Assembly: GCF_009914755.1 (NCBI RefSeq)
Contig: NC_060940.1
Origin: the human T2T-CHM13v2.0 reference genome, Homo sapiens
Direction: 5' to 3' (one strand)
DNA: 64,000 nt
Below are positions 16,214 through 29,424 of the stretch, piece by piece. Under the pieces are notes generated by a model. That model was not told the origin of the DNA. It saw only the letters and a program-made list of their open reading frames with translations, and did not search any database. Positions within the stretch are counted from its first letter, which is position 1. Each line of letters begins with the position of its first letter. The translations under genes were made by a program, and so were the position numbers.

Positions 16214-16760
16214 TTGTAGGCAGTGTTGTGAGGATAAGGGAGGTGGTACATGCAAAATGCTGAGAAAAAGCCATGACTTGGAGAGTCTGTTTCTACAGGA
16301 ACAGCCAATAAAGCCTTAGAGATGGAGCAGGAAGGTGGCAAGCCAAGAGCTGAGCAAGCAGGACCTTGGAGGGACCAAGGGCAGGGCAGCCAAGCCACTG
16401 TGAAATGGAACAAGCTCTGCAAACGGAGGCCAGCCCGGCCACCCTCCCCCTCACCTCTCACACAAGATTGGACTTCTATTTCACCCCAGGTGCGGAAAGT
16501 GGAGTGAATTACTCCTCAGTTTCTGGCATGGCACCACGGTGCAGTGCAAAACCCCCTCAGCTGAGGTATTCCTCTTCTCTTGAATGTGTGCGCATTCTTG
16601 TGAAGTGCATTTGCTCATCAAATATTGAGTGTTCAGAATGTGGCACGAAGACAGCGGTGAACAAAATAGACAGAAATCCCTGCCCTCTTGTAGCTTTAAG
16701 CATACTGTCTTGTGTACAAATACATTTTTAACCAATAAAAATTGTGTCATACTATGGTCT

Positions 16761-17740
<980 letters not shown>

Positions 17741-17760
17741 CTTGCTATAAATTGATTCTA

Positions 17761-18201
<441 letters not shown>

Positions 18202-18324
18202 TTATCTATCCCCTTCTGATGCGCACAGCAGTGGCTTCCAATACCCCGCTACCACAAACCCACCTCCTTGAACATGCTTGGGTGAAACTTTCTCTGGGGT
18301 ATAAATCCAGGAGGGGAATTGCTG

Positions 18325-18470
18325 CTGCTCAGTCTTTAATATGCACAGGACTCACCCAGGGATCTTGTTAAAAGGCAGATTTTGACTCAAGAAGTCTGGA
18401 AGGAGACTCGAGAATTTCCATTTCTAACAAGCTCCCAGGTGATGCTGATGCTGCTGGTCTGGGACCACAG
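18325..18470 (+). mobile_element. MER5A
   Basis: GATCTTGTTAAAAGGCAGATT..TTTCTAACAAGCTCCCAGGTGATGCTGATGCTGCTGGTC. Confidence 0.85.
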
Positions 18471-19364
18471 AGAATATGCAGCCTTCATTTGCTTTAGTAT
18501 CAGATCTCTCTAGAATGACCGCGCCAGTCCACAGTCCCAGGGCTTGCTTTTAAAGGGGGCCAAACCCCACTGGCCCCCCTAACACGGTGTAGACTTGCAG
18601 GGCTCTGCTGAGAGCCACCATTAACCACAAGCATCATGTCTGTATTGCTACCGTTCGTCAATACCCTTGACCATCTTGCCTTAAGGAACCCTCAATTTCC
18701 AAGCACATCTCCAAATCAGAGCCCCACCCCCTCCACAATGCAAAGTGGGACAATCTAGGAGAACATCCAGCCCAACCTCCTGGCTTTATAAAGGGAGAAA
18801 CCAAGACTGAGAGACTTGCAAGAAATCACAAGAAATTCCCGTTTCTTTGCATCTTACTCCTCCAGAGCCCTCTTTGAGTGATCAGTAATTCGTCCACAAT
18901 TTATAGGACTTAGTTCACTTTACCCATCTTTTTCCATCTCCCTGCCCCACCCCACTCCACCCTCCCCATCCCATATCCCCCAGCCCACCCTGCTTTTTAA
19001 TCCTTGCTAGAATCATCCATTTTGCGACCAAGTATTGACTTCAAATGATATATGAGACAATTGACATTTCAAATATTCCAGGCAGGATACAGAATTCTGA
19101 TCACGGCCCAGTCTGAAACATCTCCTCCACATCTCTTTCCTTATTCCTTCTGGGCAATAATTGTCCCCCCACCAGCCCACCCCCCTCCCAACCTCGACAT
19201 TAATTTCCCCTGATTCATTTTTCATGCCTTTGAATTCTGCCTTTTCAAAGCAGAATATGTTTCTGTAGCTGTTTCTCATACCTCCCTTCCCCTCATGAAT
19301 ATTTCAAATGCAATAGTGATATGATCGTTCAACCTTAAGAGGCACACCAACTTTATCTTATTTA

Positions 19365-19700
19365 TCTTACCGAGCTGCTTCCGATCCCGGGATTAAGTCC
19401 AAAACATCCTTTGAGAGTTTGTTTGGGTTGTTTTCCCCCAGGCTGTTGCTGCTGTGTATGTAAATTACAAAGAGAAGCAGCCTCCCCCTCCCCTCAGCCC
19501 CAGCCCCGGGCACCAGCCCCCGGCCCGAGACGCCCGCCCTCCCTCTGCCAATCCTTCCTGGGAGATGCAAGACGCGCTCCTCTCAAAGCCAATTGGCAGG
19601 CCTCCGGACGGGTCCCTGCCAGGGCATGTCTCCCTGACTTCCTCCAGTGGTCTCTTAGAAGCCCAAAACTCACCATGCGACCTTGGGTAGGGCGTTCCGC
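19365..19700. promoter_or_regulatory. GC/CpG-enriched promoter- or enhancer-like patch
   Basis: Local CpG cluster outside repeats; GC box CCCGCCC 19533-19539, CCAAT 19548-19552, palindrome GCCAATTGGC 19588-19597, ATGTAAAT 19458-19465. Confidence 0.5.
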
Positions 19701-19864
19701 CACTCAGGCAAGTTTCCCCATCTACAAACAAGGGGATTAGACACGGCGACCCTAAAGTCCTTTCAGCTCTGAGACTCCATGTGACGTGATGTAATGTAAC
19801 AGACACAGCCCTTCCTGGTTCCAATCCAAGCTCTACTACTAAACGAGTGATGAGATGGCTCACC

Positions 19865-20676
19865 AACTGTACCTACCACTGACTAGCTGTGTGACCCTTA
19901 ACTAACTGTACCTACCACTGACTAGCCGTGTGACCCTTAACTAACTATACCTACCACTGACTAGCCGTGTGACCCTTAACTAACTACACCTACCACTGAC
20001 TAGCCGTGTGACCCTTAACTAACTGTACCTACCACTGACTAGCCGTGTGACCCTTCACTAACTGTATCAACCACTAAACTATCCATGTGTCTTTTAATTG
20101 TGTCTACCATTGACTAGTCTTGTGACCCTTAACTGTCTGCCACTGACTAGCTGTGTAACCCCTAACTAACTGTACCTACCACTGACTAGCTTTGTGACCC
20201 TTAACTAGCTGTACCTACCACTGACTAGCTTTGTGACCTTTAACTAAATATACCTGCCTCTGACTAGATGTGTGGCCCTTAACTAACTGTATCTACCACT
20301 AAACTATCCATGTGTCTTAAACTATCCGTGTGTCTTTTAACTGTCTACCATTGACTAGCTGTGTGGCCCTTAACTGTGTCTACCACTAACTAGCTGTGTA
20401 ACCCTTAACTAACTGTATCTACCACTAACTAGCTGTGTAACCCTTAAATCTATCACTAACTGTGTGACCCTTAACTGTGTCCACCACTGACTACCTATGT
20501 GACCCTTAACTAACAGTATCTACCACTGACTAGCTGCACAACCCTTAACTATGTCAACCACTGACTAGCTGTGTGACTCTTAACTGTTTCTACAACTGAC
20601 TGACTGTGGGACCCTTAATTGTGTCCACCACCGAGTCGGTATGTAACTTGTTTCTACCACTAACTAGCTGTGTGAC
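19865..20676. repeat. Minisatellite, 39/35-bp unit, about 21-22 copies, MIR-derived
   Basis: Unit AACTGTACCTACCACTGACTAGC(T/C)GTGTGACCCTTAACT at 19865, 19904, 19943...; degenerates rightwards and runs into MIR sequence. Confidence 0.95.
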
Positions 20677-20764
20677 CATGATGCGAGTTACAGAAGTTCT
20701 CAGGGTCTCAGTTTCCTCCCCTGCAGCATGCATTGGTTAATAGCAGCTGCCTCTGGGGCTGTAG

Positions 20765-20879
20765 TAGGGTGACCAGCCATCCTCTTTGGTTTATCTAGGA
20801 CCGAAGTGGTTCCAGGTATAGGGAACGCTCAGTGTCAAATCCAGTAAAGTGCTAAAGCAAACACAAGTTTGTCACCCAA
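20765..20879. mobile_element. MER81-like hAT-Blackjack MITE inserted in MIR
   Basis: TAGGGTGACC...GTCACCCAA, 115 bp, 8-bp TSD GGCTGTAG (20757-20764) / GGTTGTAG (20880-20887). Confidence 0.85.
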
Positions 20880-20973
20880 GGTTGTAGTGAGAACTAAAGG
20901 TGAATGAGGTGACATGGATAAAATCTAGCACATCAATATAAGTTAGTATCATTGCTATTGCTATTGCTATTGC

Positions 20974-21334
<361 letters not shown>

Positions 21335-21536
21335 TAGAATTTCAGATTTCTCTTTATCAAAGCAGTACAAGCAAATGATACAAATGACTTGAAATGGAAA
21401 ACAAAGCTGTCTTACCCCAGCCCTTCTCCCATCAAATCCCTCTCCCCAAAGGCAGGCAGTTGAAGTCCTTTTTAGCGACTGATCTTTTAAGGCTGACTCT
21501 GCCTCAGTCACGCTCTGTTCCCACTACTTCAGGCCC

Positions 21537-21640
21537 TCACCACATTGGCCAGGCTGGTCTTGAACTCCTGACCTCGTGATCCTCCCACCTCAGACTCCCA
21601 AAGTGTTAGGATTACAGGTGTTGAGCCACCGCACCAGGTC
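21537..21640 (-). mobile_element. Alu left-arm fragment
   Basis: TTGGCCAGGCTGGTCTTGAACTCCTGACCTCGTGATCC..GAGCCACCGCACC only. Confidence 0.9.
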
Positions 21641-21846
21641 CATCGGTTTTCATTACCACCACCTGACAGGTGAGCAGGCTGGTTCACACTCTGGTCACCT
21701 GGCATGGCTTGTCACATACTGGTGAAGCTGTCACCCGCAAAATCCAGACCTGGGACTGAGGAAAGAGCTAAGCGATCCTAAAGAGATACAGTCTCTCAGG
21801 TGGCCCTTGATGGGGGCAAAGAGAGGAAGGGACAGTTCCTCTTTTA

Positions 21847-21967
21847 TTTGTCCATTCACACATGTTGGGAGCCAGGCATTAAATTTGCAAGCCAGAAAAG
21901 GCAGGAAAAACCAAGTTTATGGCTTTTCAAGTTGGTTCAGAAATTACTGTACGGGCCCTCCAAAAGG
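21847..21967 (+). repeat. 121-bp non-repeat segment duplicated at 23797-23917
   Basis: TTTGTCCATTCACACATGTTGGGAGCCAGGCATTAAATTTGCAAGCCAGAAAAGGCAG... present twice, offset 1950 bp. Confidence 0.95.
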
Positions 21968-22125
21968 TTTAATGTCTCTGTGGTGTCATCCCAAAGAGAA
22001 GCACAGAGAAGCAAGAGGATCTGCAGCTGGAGAGCCCAGAGGCAATGAACACTCACCTTGACTCTCTTCTCATTTCTGAGGCTCTATCAGTTAAGGTTCT
22101 TAGTTTGCAAGCAACAGAACCAAAT

Positions 22126-22421
<296 letters not shown>

Positions 22422-22620
22422 AACAGAACCAAATCTTTACATTAAAAAGCGGGGAGCTTATAGGATCAGAGAAAGAATAGAGTTCCCAGACTTGAGGGGG
22501 TTCCAGTTGGACCATCTTTGTATGGTGGTGGATCTCAACCCTCACTGCAGCCAACAGTCAACCAAAGAGACTTTTAGAAACCACTGATGCTGGGCCCTCA
22601 CCCTCAGAAATTGAGATTTA

Positions 22621-22945
22621 AGCCGGGCACGGTGGCTTATGCCTGTAATTCCAACAGTGTGGGAGGCCAAGGCAGGCAGATCACTTGAGCCCGGGAGTTC
22701 AAGACCAGCCTGGGAAACATGGCGAAACCTCGTCTCTACTAAAAATACAAAAATTAGCTGGATGTGGTGGCGCATGCCTGTAGTCCCAGCTACTCAGGAG
22801 ACTGATGCAAAAGGATAGCTTGAGCCCAGGAGGTGGAGATTGCAGTGAGCCGAGATTGTACCACTGCACTCCAGCCTAGATGACAGAGTGAGACCCTGGC
22901 AGGGCAAGGCAGGGCAAGGCAGAGCAAGGCAAGGCAAAAAGGAAA
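22621..22945 (+). mobile_element. AluJ-like with (GGCAA/GGCAG)n tail, inserted in a MER5 relic
   Basis: Full dimer; TSD AGAAA(T/C)TGAGATTTAA. Confidence 0.9.
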
Positions 22946-23639
22946 GAAACTGAGATTTAACTGGCTCAGGTCTGTCTTGTTTCACACCTCCCCTAGGTGA
23001 TTCTAAGATGAGGTTGAAAAATGAGATTCACTACTCTCGGGATGCAACTGCACCGTGAGTCCAGAAACCAGCAGTACTGGCATCACCATCTCCAGTAGAG
23101 CTCGTCAGAAATGCAGACTCTCTCTCAGAACCACCCCAGACCTTTCGAGTCAGAATCTGCCCGCGAACAAGATCCTCCAGTTAGCGTTAAGCAGATTAAA
23201 GGTTGAGAAGCACTAGGCTGCAGGGTCGTGGAATGACTGGACTCTAATCACTCTACATCCTTGATGATCTCTCCTTAAGATGCAAATTCCCAGAAGGCAA
23301 GCATGTGATGGGCCATGCTTTTGTCACACCATGATAGAAGATCTGGGCATAAGAAATTCTGCAGAGTGGTCCCACCAGACCCACAGGCAGGAGAAGGGCC
23401 ATCCCTGAACGGAGTGGGATGCGGGGCTGATAAATACTACATAGGTTAAGCACAGCGACCTTCACAGTTCAGAGATAGTGATGCCAACTACCACTTATTA
23501 AGCACCTACTGTATGCCAAGCACAGTGCCAAGGACTCAAATTACTCATGGAATTCCCCCTATAACCATGAAGCCAATATTATTATTACTGCTACAGCTAC
23601 TACTACTATTATTTTATAAAGGAAGAAACTAAGGTTTAG

Positions 23640-23800
23640 AGCAGTAGATCCAAGTTTAGCACGGATCAGAATCACCTGGAAGATTTGTAAACTCACAGAC
23701 TTCTGGAACCTACCCTCAGAGTTGCCGGTTCTGTAAGTCTAGGGTAAAGCCTGAGAATTTTTATTTCTAGCAAGTTCCCAGATGATGCTGATGCTGTTTG
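23640..23800 (+). mobile_element. MER5A, 3' end replaced by duplicated segment
   Basis: CAGAATCACCTGGAAGATTTGTAAA..TTTCTAGCAAGTTCCCAGATGATGCTGATGCTG then switches to the 21847 copy. Confidence 0.85.
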
Positions 23801-24540
23801 TCCATTCACACATGTTGGGAGCCAGGCATTAAATTTGCAAGCCAGAAAAGGCAGTAAAAACCAAGTTAATGGCCTTTCAAGTCAGTTCAGAAATCACTGT
23901 ACGTGCCCCCAAAAAGGGAATGCCAAACATTAGGGAAGTCCCCATCTTCACAATGAGAACTTACCCACCTCAGAGAGATGGTTTCCCCAGGAAACAAGTG
24001 CAGATGGCATTTTGCAGAAAGTGCACATTGAAAGAAAGCAAACTGGCTTAGAAATATGGTTAATGGGAATTCTTTGGAATTCATAGCATCAGGAGAGAGT
24101 CGTTTCCTTCTACCACACACCTGGCTGGGAGGGTGACAATGTCTTTAGGAGGGAGAGACTGGGAAACATTAATACCAGAGCCCTGGCTATTATTTGCAAT
24201 GTATAGCAATGTTTTTCCTCAAGGTAGATCTTTGGTGAGCCGTACACAGTAAAGCTAGCCATTCAGGTGGAATTACATCCAACTAGTCATCTCTGTCATA
24301 CTAAAAACAGTAAACAATGCTTGAAGAAGTCAGATGCCTGGCATCAAATCTAAGATCCACCATTTACTGGCTGTGGTCATTAGGCAAGATGCTTAACGTC
24401 TTTGTACCTTATTATCCTATTTTGTAAATGGGGGAATTATAATAATACCTAATCTCTAGGTTACTGGATGGACTAAATGAAATAATGTGTGAAATTTTTA
24501 GTAACATAGCTAGAATATTACAAGCTCCCAATAAGTCTAT

Positions 24541-24928
24541 TGTATTAGTCCATCCTCACACTGCTATAAACAACTGGCCAAGAATGGGTAATTGATAAAG
24601 AAAAGGGGTTTAATTGACTCACAACAGGTCTGCATGGCTGGGGAGGCCTCAGGAAACTTACAATCATGACAGAAGGAGAAGCAGACATCTTCACAAGGCG
24701 ATAGGAGGGAGAAGTGAGAGCACGGGAAAAAACTGCCACGTTTAAAACCATCAGATCTCATGAGAACTCACTCACTATCATGAGACCAGCATGGGAGAAG
24801 CCGCCCCCATGAGCCAATCACATCCCTCCTTCGACACGTGGGGCTTACAGCTCCCTCCCTCGACGCAACACCTGGTGATTATAATTCAAGATGAGATTTG
24901 GGTGGAGACACACAGCCAAACCATATCA
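24541..24928 (-). mobile_element. MST (MSTA/B-like) solo LTR
   Basis: TGTATTAGTCCATCCTCACACTGCTATAAA...CAGCCAAACCATATCA; CTAT on both flanks. Confidence 0.9.
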
Positions 24929-25059
24929 CCTATTTTATTTATCATACCATTAGTGTTATTATTATTATTGGTGGATGTGCTGGTGGCGTTAATATTGTTG
25001 GCAAAACTGGAACTAGCTGGATCTTTATCAATAATTGCAATCATGATTCTGACATCTGA

Positions 25060-25560
25060 CCCTTCCATGCCACTGGTAGGCATGTAAACAGGCACAATTT
25101 TTCTGGAAGGTCATTTGGCAATATGTATCAAGAGCCTTACAAATACTCACCCATTTTGACCCAGAAGGTCCACTCCTAGAAATTTATTTTAGGGGAGTAC
25201 ATCCAGTTGAGGACAAAGATGTATGCCCAAGGAAGCCATCACATTATTGCAAATGGTAAAAAATGAAGTGTCAACCAACAGAAAAATGTTTTTGAAATTA
25301 CACTATGTTCGTACAATGAAATCTTCTTCCAATTATTAAAATAATGTTCATGCCTTTTAATTGGGGTGATTGTATAATTTTATATCTTTATAAAAATATA
25401 TGTATGTAAGACTTCATATAGATGATGAACTCAGTTATGTAAACATATGATAGAAAAAGAGAAGGGAATAATCCAAAAGCCATCTGCTCTGGGTCTTGGA
25501 ATGGGAATTCTTATGGTTTTGTGCATTTTTGCAGCTATTTCTCAATAGTCCCCTTTATAA
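25060..25560 (+). mobile_element. Ancient L1ME fragment
   Basis: TTTCTGGAAGGTCATTTGGCAATATGTATCAAGAGCCTT..TTTGACCCAG..CCACTCCTAGAAATTTAT. Confidence 0.75.
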
Positions 25561-25791
25561 TCAGAGCAGGCTGGGTAGAATCTGGTACAGGAGATTGTGG
25601 CAAACTAGATAATTAACCCAGAGAACATTATTTCTGTCTGGGTATGCCATTAAGTTACAAAGACCTTTTGTAAATGTGGGTAATAATGAAAAGAGGGCTA
25701 TAGTGTTGGAAAGGAAGACAGGAGATAAGGAGGAATGAAAAGGAGTAGGTATTATTTCTACAGAGTCTTGAAAGATTAAGAAAAATGAGGC

Positions 25792-26110
25792 AGCCAGATG
25801 CAGTGGCTCACACCTGTAATCCTAACACTTCGGGAGATCAAGGTGGGAGGATTGCTGGAGCCCAGGAGTTTGAGACCAGCCTGAATGATTGAGTAAGACT
25901 CCCCTCTCTACAAACAAAATTTAAAAAACTAGCCAGGCATGGTGGTGTGCACCTATGCTCAGGAGGCTGAGGTGGGAGGATCACTTGAGCCCAGGAGGTT
26001 GAGGCTGCAGTAAGCCGTGATCACACCACTGCACTTCAGCCTGGGTGACAGAGCAAGTCCCTGCCTCAGAAAAAAAAAAAAGAAAGAAAGAAACAAAAGA
26101 AAAGAAAAGA
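25792..26110 (+). mobile_element. AluJ
   Basis: Dimer with small internal deletion; TSD AAGAAAAATGA(G/A)GCA. Confidence 0.93.
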
Positions 26111-26289
26111 AAAAATGAAGCAAAAGATACCAGCAGCATTGGCTGAGCCCTAGAGGTAATGGGAAGGGTTGATGGGGCAAGATCAGAGACTTCTGTGATG
26201 TTTCCATTTGATGAGACAAAACTCAGCATTAGCAGAATTAAAGTTACCTAATCTCTAGATTAGGAAAGGGAACAGAGAAATACCTCATG

Positions 26290-26770
26290 GCAACACATGG
26301 CCTTTTTGAGTTGCAAGTTGACAGAAACTCAAGTCAAACTGGCTTCACTGAGAAATTCACTCTAGGTGAGATCTGTCATCAGGTTGGAGGGGATACAGGC
26401 TGTTAGGCAGTGTGATCGGCTTTCCTTCTCCTCTCTCAGCTCGGCTCTCCTGTGATTTCCTTCTCAGGCAGGCTCTCCCCCAGGGTGATGAGATGACCAC
26501 CAGCAGCTCCCGGTTTCCACCCTACCAGGTTTGCAACCCCAGCAAAAAGAGAACCCCTCTTTCCCTATCCACCTAACAGAAGTCCTGCCACTGATGCTCT
26601 TTGAACCACCTTAAAGGCAGGTTTCTGAATCAATCACAACAGCCAGGAGAATGGCATTCTCCCATCTGCCAAACCCAGTCTCTCGAGTCACCCAAAACAC
26701 ATGGGCTGAGAATGGAGGAGAGGTCCCACCTCTCCCCCAAAAAAGTGAGATACTGGTCTAAGAAACAGAA
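26290..26770 (-). mobile_element. Old MLT1 (MLT1K-like) LTR
   Basis: GTTGCAAGTTGACAGAAACTCAAGTCAAACTGGCTT..TCTCAGGCAGGCTCTCC..AAGATGACC/CAGCAGCTCC-like blocks. Confidence 0.7.
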
Positions 26771-26905
26771 AAACGAAGCTTACATAGGCTAAATGAACCC
26801 AGAAGCACTATGTGGAGTTTTTCCTTCCAGAACATGAACCAAGTACTCAAGTTACCCCCAGATGGTATCAGAAGGAAGGATTCAACAGTGCCCTTAAAAA
26901 AGGGC

Positions 26906-27106
26906 CATGGTTCTCAACCAGGGGTGATTCCTCCTCCTCCCCTCAGGGGACATTTGGCAATGACAATGGGGCAGGGGGTTGTGCTACTGGCATCTAGTGG
27001 GCAGAGCCTAGGGATGCTGCTACACACCTTACAGTGCACAGGACAACCCTCACCCAAAGGATTATCTAGCCCAAAATGTCCACAGTGCTGAGACTGTGAA
27101 ACCCAG
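26906..27106 (-). mobile_element. MER20
   Basis: TGGTTCTCAACCAGGGGTGATT..GGGGACATTTGGCAATG..GCTACTGGCATCTAGTGGG..CCAAAATGTCCACAGTGCTGAG. Confidence 0.9.
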
Positions 27107-27731
27107 AATTAGGATGACCTTATAAGTTATTGCCCAAACCAGAATGCTTTCGAGACAGGCAAAACCAGGAAAGCAGTCGTAACAGGGACTGTTGCAGCAA
27201 ATGAGGACATATGGTTACCCTACTCTCAACACACCGTCCAAACAGAAGGCAAAGCCATTCTCACTGAAGGCTGTGATTCAAGGGAAACGTTTCAATGCTC
27301 CCCACCCCAATCATCAATTACAGGACCACAAAGATGCTCTTCCCAGCCGAGGCTTGTCTTTGACCCCTTCTGCTCTCTCCCACTTCCGGCATGGCTGACA
27401 GTCCCTCCCATCTACTTCTAAGAGGTCACTAAAAATCGACCAGGGCTTGCCAGCCTAGTGGGGTTGCCCAAATGTCTGCCCACAGATGCTGCTTCGAAAA
27501 GCTGTCTCTGGCATGGCCCCTACTGCAGCGGCGCGTGACAGACTGCCTTGCTTGGTGGAAGGAATCCCACCCCGATTAAATTGCTGGAGCCCTGCTGGGA
27601 AGGAGGTGGAGGCAGGAGGAGAAGGAGAGTAGGGAGCCAGGCAAGCCACTCCTGCCTCTCCTTTTTCATCTTGGAAGAGCCAATTTCAAGCTTGCCTCGG
27701 GTCATAAAAGAAATTAATTTGATTCTCTCAG

Positions 27732-27905
27732 CCTTGCTCAGAGTGGACACACGTCTTCGGCTGGAGCATCTGCTGCTGCTGGATCCAGAGCAAGGAGACC
27801 ATCCCCTCGAAACGATTCCATTTCTGTTGCAAGGCAGGGCCAGAATCATCTGCCTGGAGCTGGAGAAGCAGCTGCCTGGAATACCCTGGGCTGTCATTTT
27901 TGCTG
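27732..27905 (+). other. Candidate spliced exon (174 nt), product unknown
   Basis: Acceptor TTAATTTGATTCTCTCAG| and consensus donor CTG|GTAAGT in non-repeat DNA; length divisible by 3, one frame open. Confidence 0.35.
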
Positions 27906-28114
27906 GTAAGTTCCAAAAACGGTTCTCACAGCTAAGGTGACTCCCAAGTCTCAGGAGGTTTACCCAGAGAGATACGCACGGGTGGGGCTGGTTCTTGGAA
28001 AACTCCCAACCAGAATTTAGCACTGGCAGCTGCCTAACCCACTTCATATTGATCAGCTTGATCACACTGAGTCCTCTTAACTGTCAGGCACGGCCCCTGG
28101 GCTGTATTCCTGAT

Positions 28115-28677
28115 TGCACACAGCTAAGGTGACTCCCTTGTACAAGCCTCCCCGCCTGAGAGAGGATGGAATTTGTGACCTGCTTCTAATCAACAGAATA
28201 TGGCAAAGGTGCCGAATGTCACTCTCTTGATCATGTTTCCAAATAAGATTTCCCCTTAGGAGACTTAGGGACTCCCTTGCTGGCTAGGAGGAAGTAAGCT
28301 ACCATGTTGTGACAGGGCCATGTCAAAGAATGCAGGTGGCCTCTAGAAGCTGATAGAGGTCCCCAGCTGACAGCCAGCAAGAAAACAAGGCCTCAGCCAG
28401 GTGCAGTGGCTCACACCTATCATCCCAGCAATTTGGGAGGCTGAGGCAGGAGGATCGATTGAGCACAGGAGTTAGAGACCAGCCTGGGCAACATACAGAA
28501 ACCTCATCTCTACCAACAATTTAAAAATTAGCCGGGCGTGAAGGCACCTGCCTGTGGTCCCAGCTACTTGGCAGGCTGAGATGGGATGATCCCTTGAATC
28601 TAGGAGTTAAAGGCTGCAGTGAGCTACGACTTACCACTGCACTCCAGCCCGGGTAACAGAACAAGAGGCTGTCTCAA

Positions 28678-28725
<48 letters not shown>

Positions 28726-28800
28726 TTCATTTAAAAGAAAAAGAAAACAAGAACCCAGCTTTACAACTACAAGGTAAGTCACCAGCAACTGCCATGAGGA
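28115..28800 (+). mobile_element. MLT1 (E/F-like) LTR split by AluJ
   Basis: TGTGACCTGCTTCTAATCAACAGAATATGGCAAAGGTG..GGTGGCCTCTAGAAGCTGA..CCCAGCTGACAGCCAGCAAGAAAAC. Confidence 0.8.
28396..28725 (+). mobile_element. AluJ with (AAT)n tail
   Basis: Full dimer; ~15 AAT units at 28678-28725. Confidence 0.95.
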
Positions 28801-28878
28801 CCCATTGTCTAAATCTTTTAATGTAAAATAAAACTACATTAGAAACCACACAAACCAAATGTGTAGCTTCTTCAGCCT

Positions 28879-29056
28879 TTCCTTATTTTTCTAAGGTTGT
28901 ACAAAACTATTGTATTTACAAAAATGGCACAAAAGTGAATTCAGCAGTCAATTCACATGCATACTTCCTTCACATCTTCAACAACAAAAGGTATTCTAAC
29001 TCCAACTCTACAGAGCTTGGCAGTTTTCAGGAGTACTGGGGACGGATTTTGCAGGA
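28879..29056 (-). pseudogene. Probable retrocopied mRNA 3'-UTR end
   Basis: Minus strand ...GTTAGAATACCTTTTGTTGTTGAAGATGTG..GAATTCACTTTTGTGCCATTTTTGTAAATACAATAGTTTTGTACAACCTTAGAAAAATAAGGAAA: variant polyA signal AATACA ~20 nt before a decayed A tail; matches no transposon consensus I recall. Confidence 0.5.
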
Positions 29057-29064
29057 TATATCTC

Positions 29065-29424
29065 TGTATTAGTCCATTTTCATGCTGCTGATAAAGACAT
29101 ACCTGAGACTGGGCAATTTACAAAAGAAAGAGGTTTATTGGACTTACAGTTCCATGTGGCTGTGGAGGCCTCACAAATATGGTGGAAGGCAAGGAGGAGC
29201 AAGTCACATCTGATGTGGATGGCAGCAGGCAAAAAGAGCTTGTGCAGAGAAATTCCCATTTTTAAAAACCATCAGATCTCATAAGACTAATTCACTATCA
29301 GGAGAACAGCACAGGAAAAACCTGTCCCCATGATTCAATCATCTCCCACCAGGTCCCTCCCACAACACGTGGGAATTATGGGAGCCACAAGATGAGATTT
29401 GGAACACAGAGCCAAACCGTATTA
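29065..29424 (-). mobile_element. THE1 solo LTR
   Basis: TGTATTAGTCCATTTTCATGCTGCTGATAAAGAC...GAGCCAAACCGTATTA. Confidence 0.92.

Noticed and set aside
19865-20676. CRISPR-like appearance of the ~39-bp repeats
   Set aside because: Units are contiguous with no unique spacers, no cas genes, mammalian context, MIR-derived.
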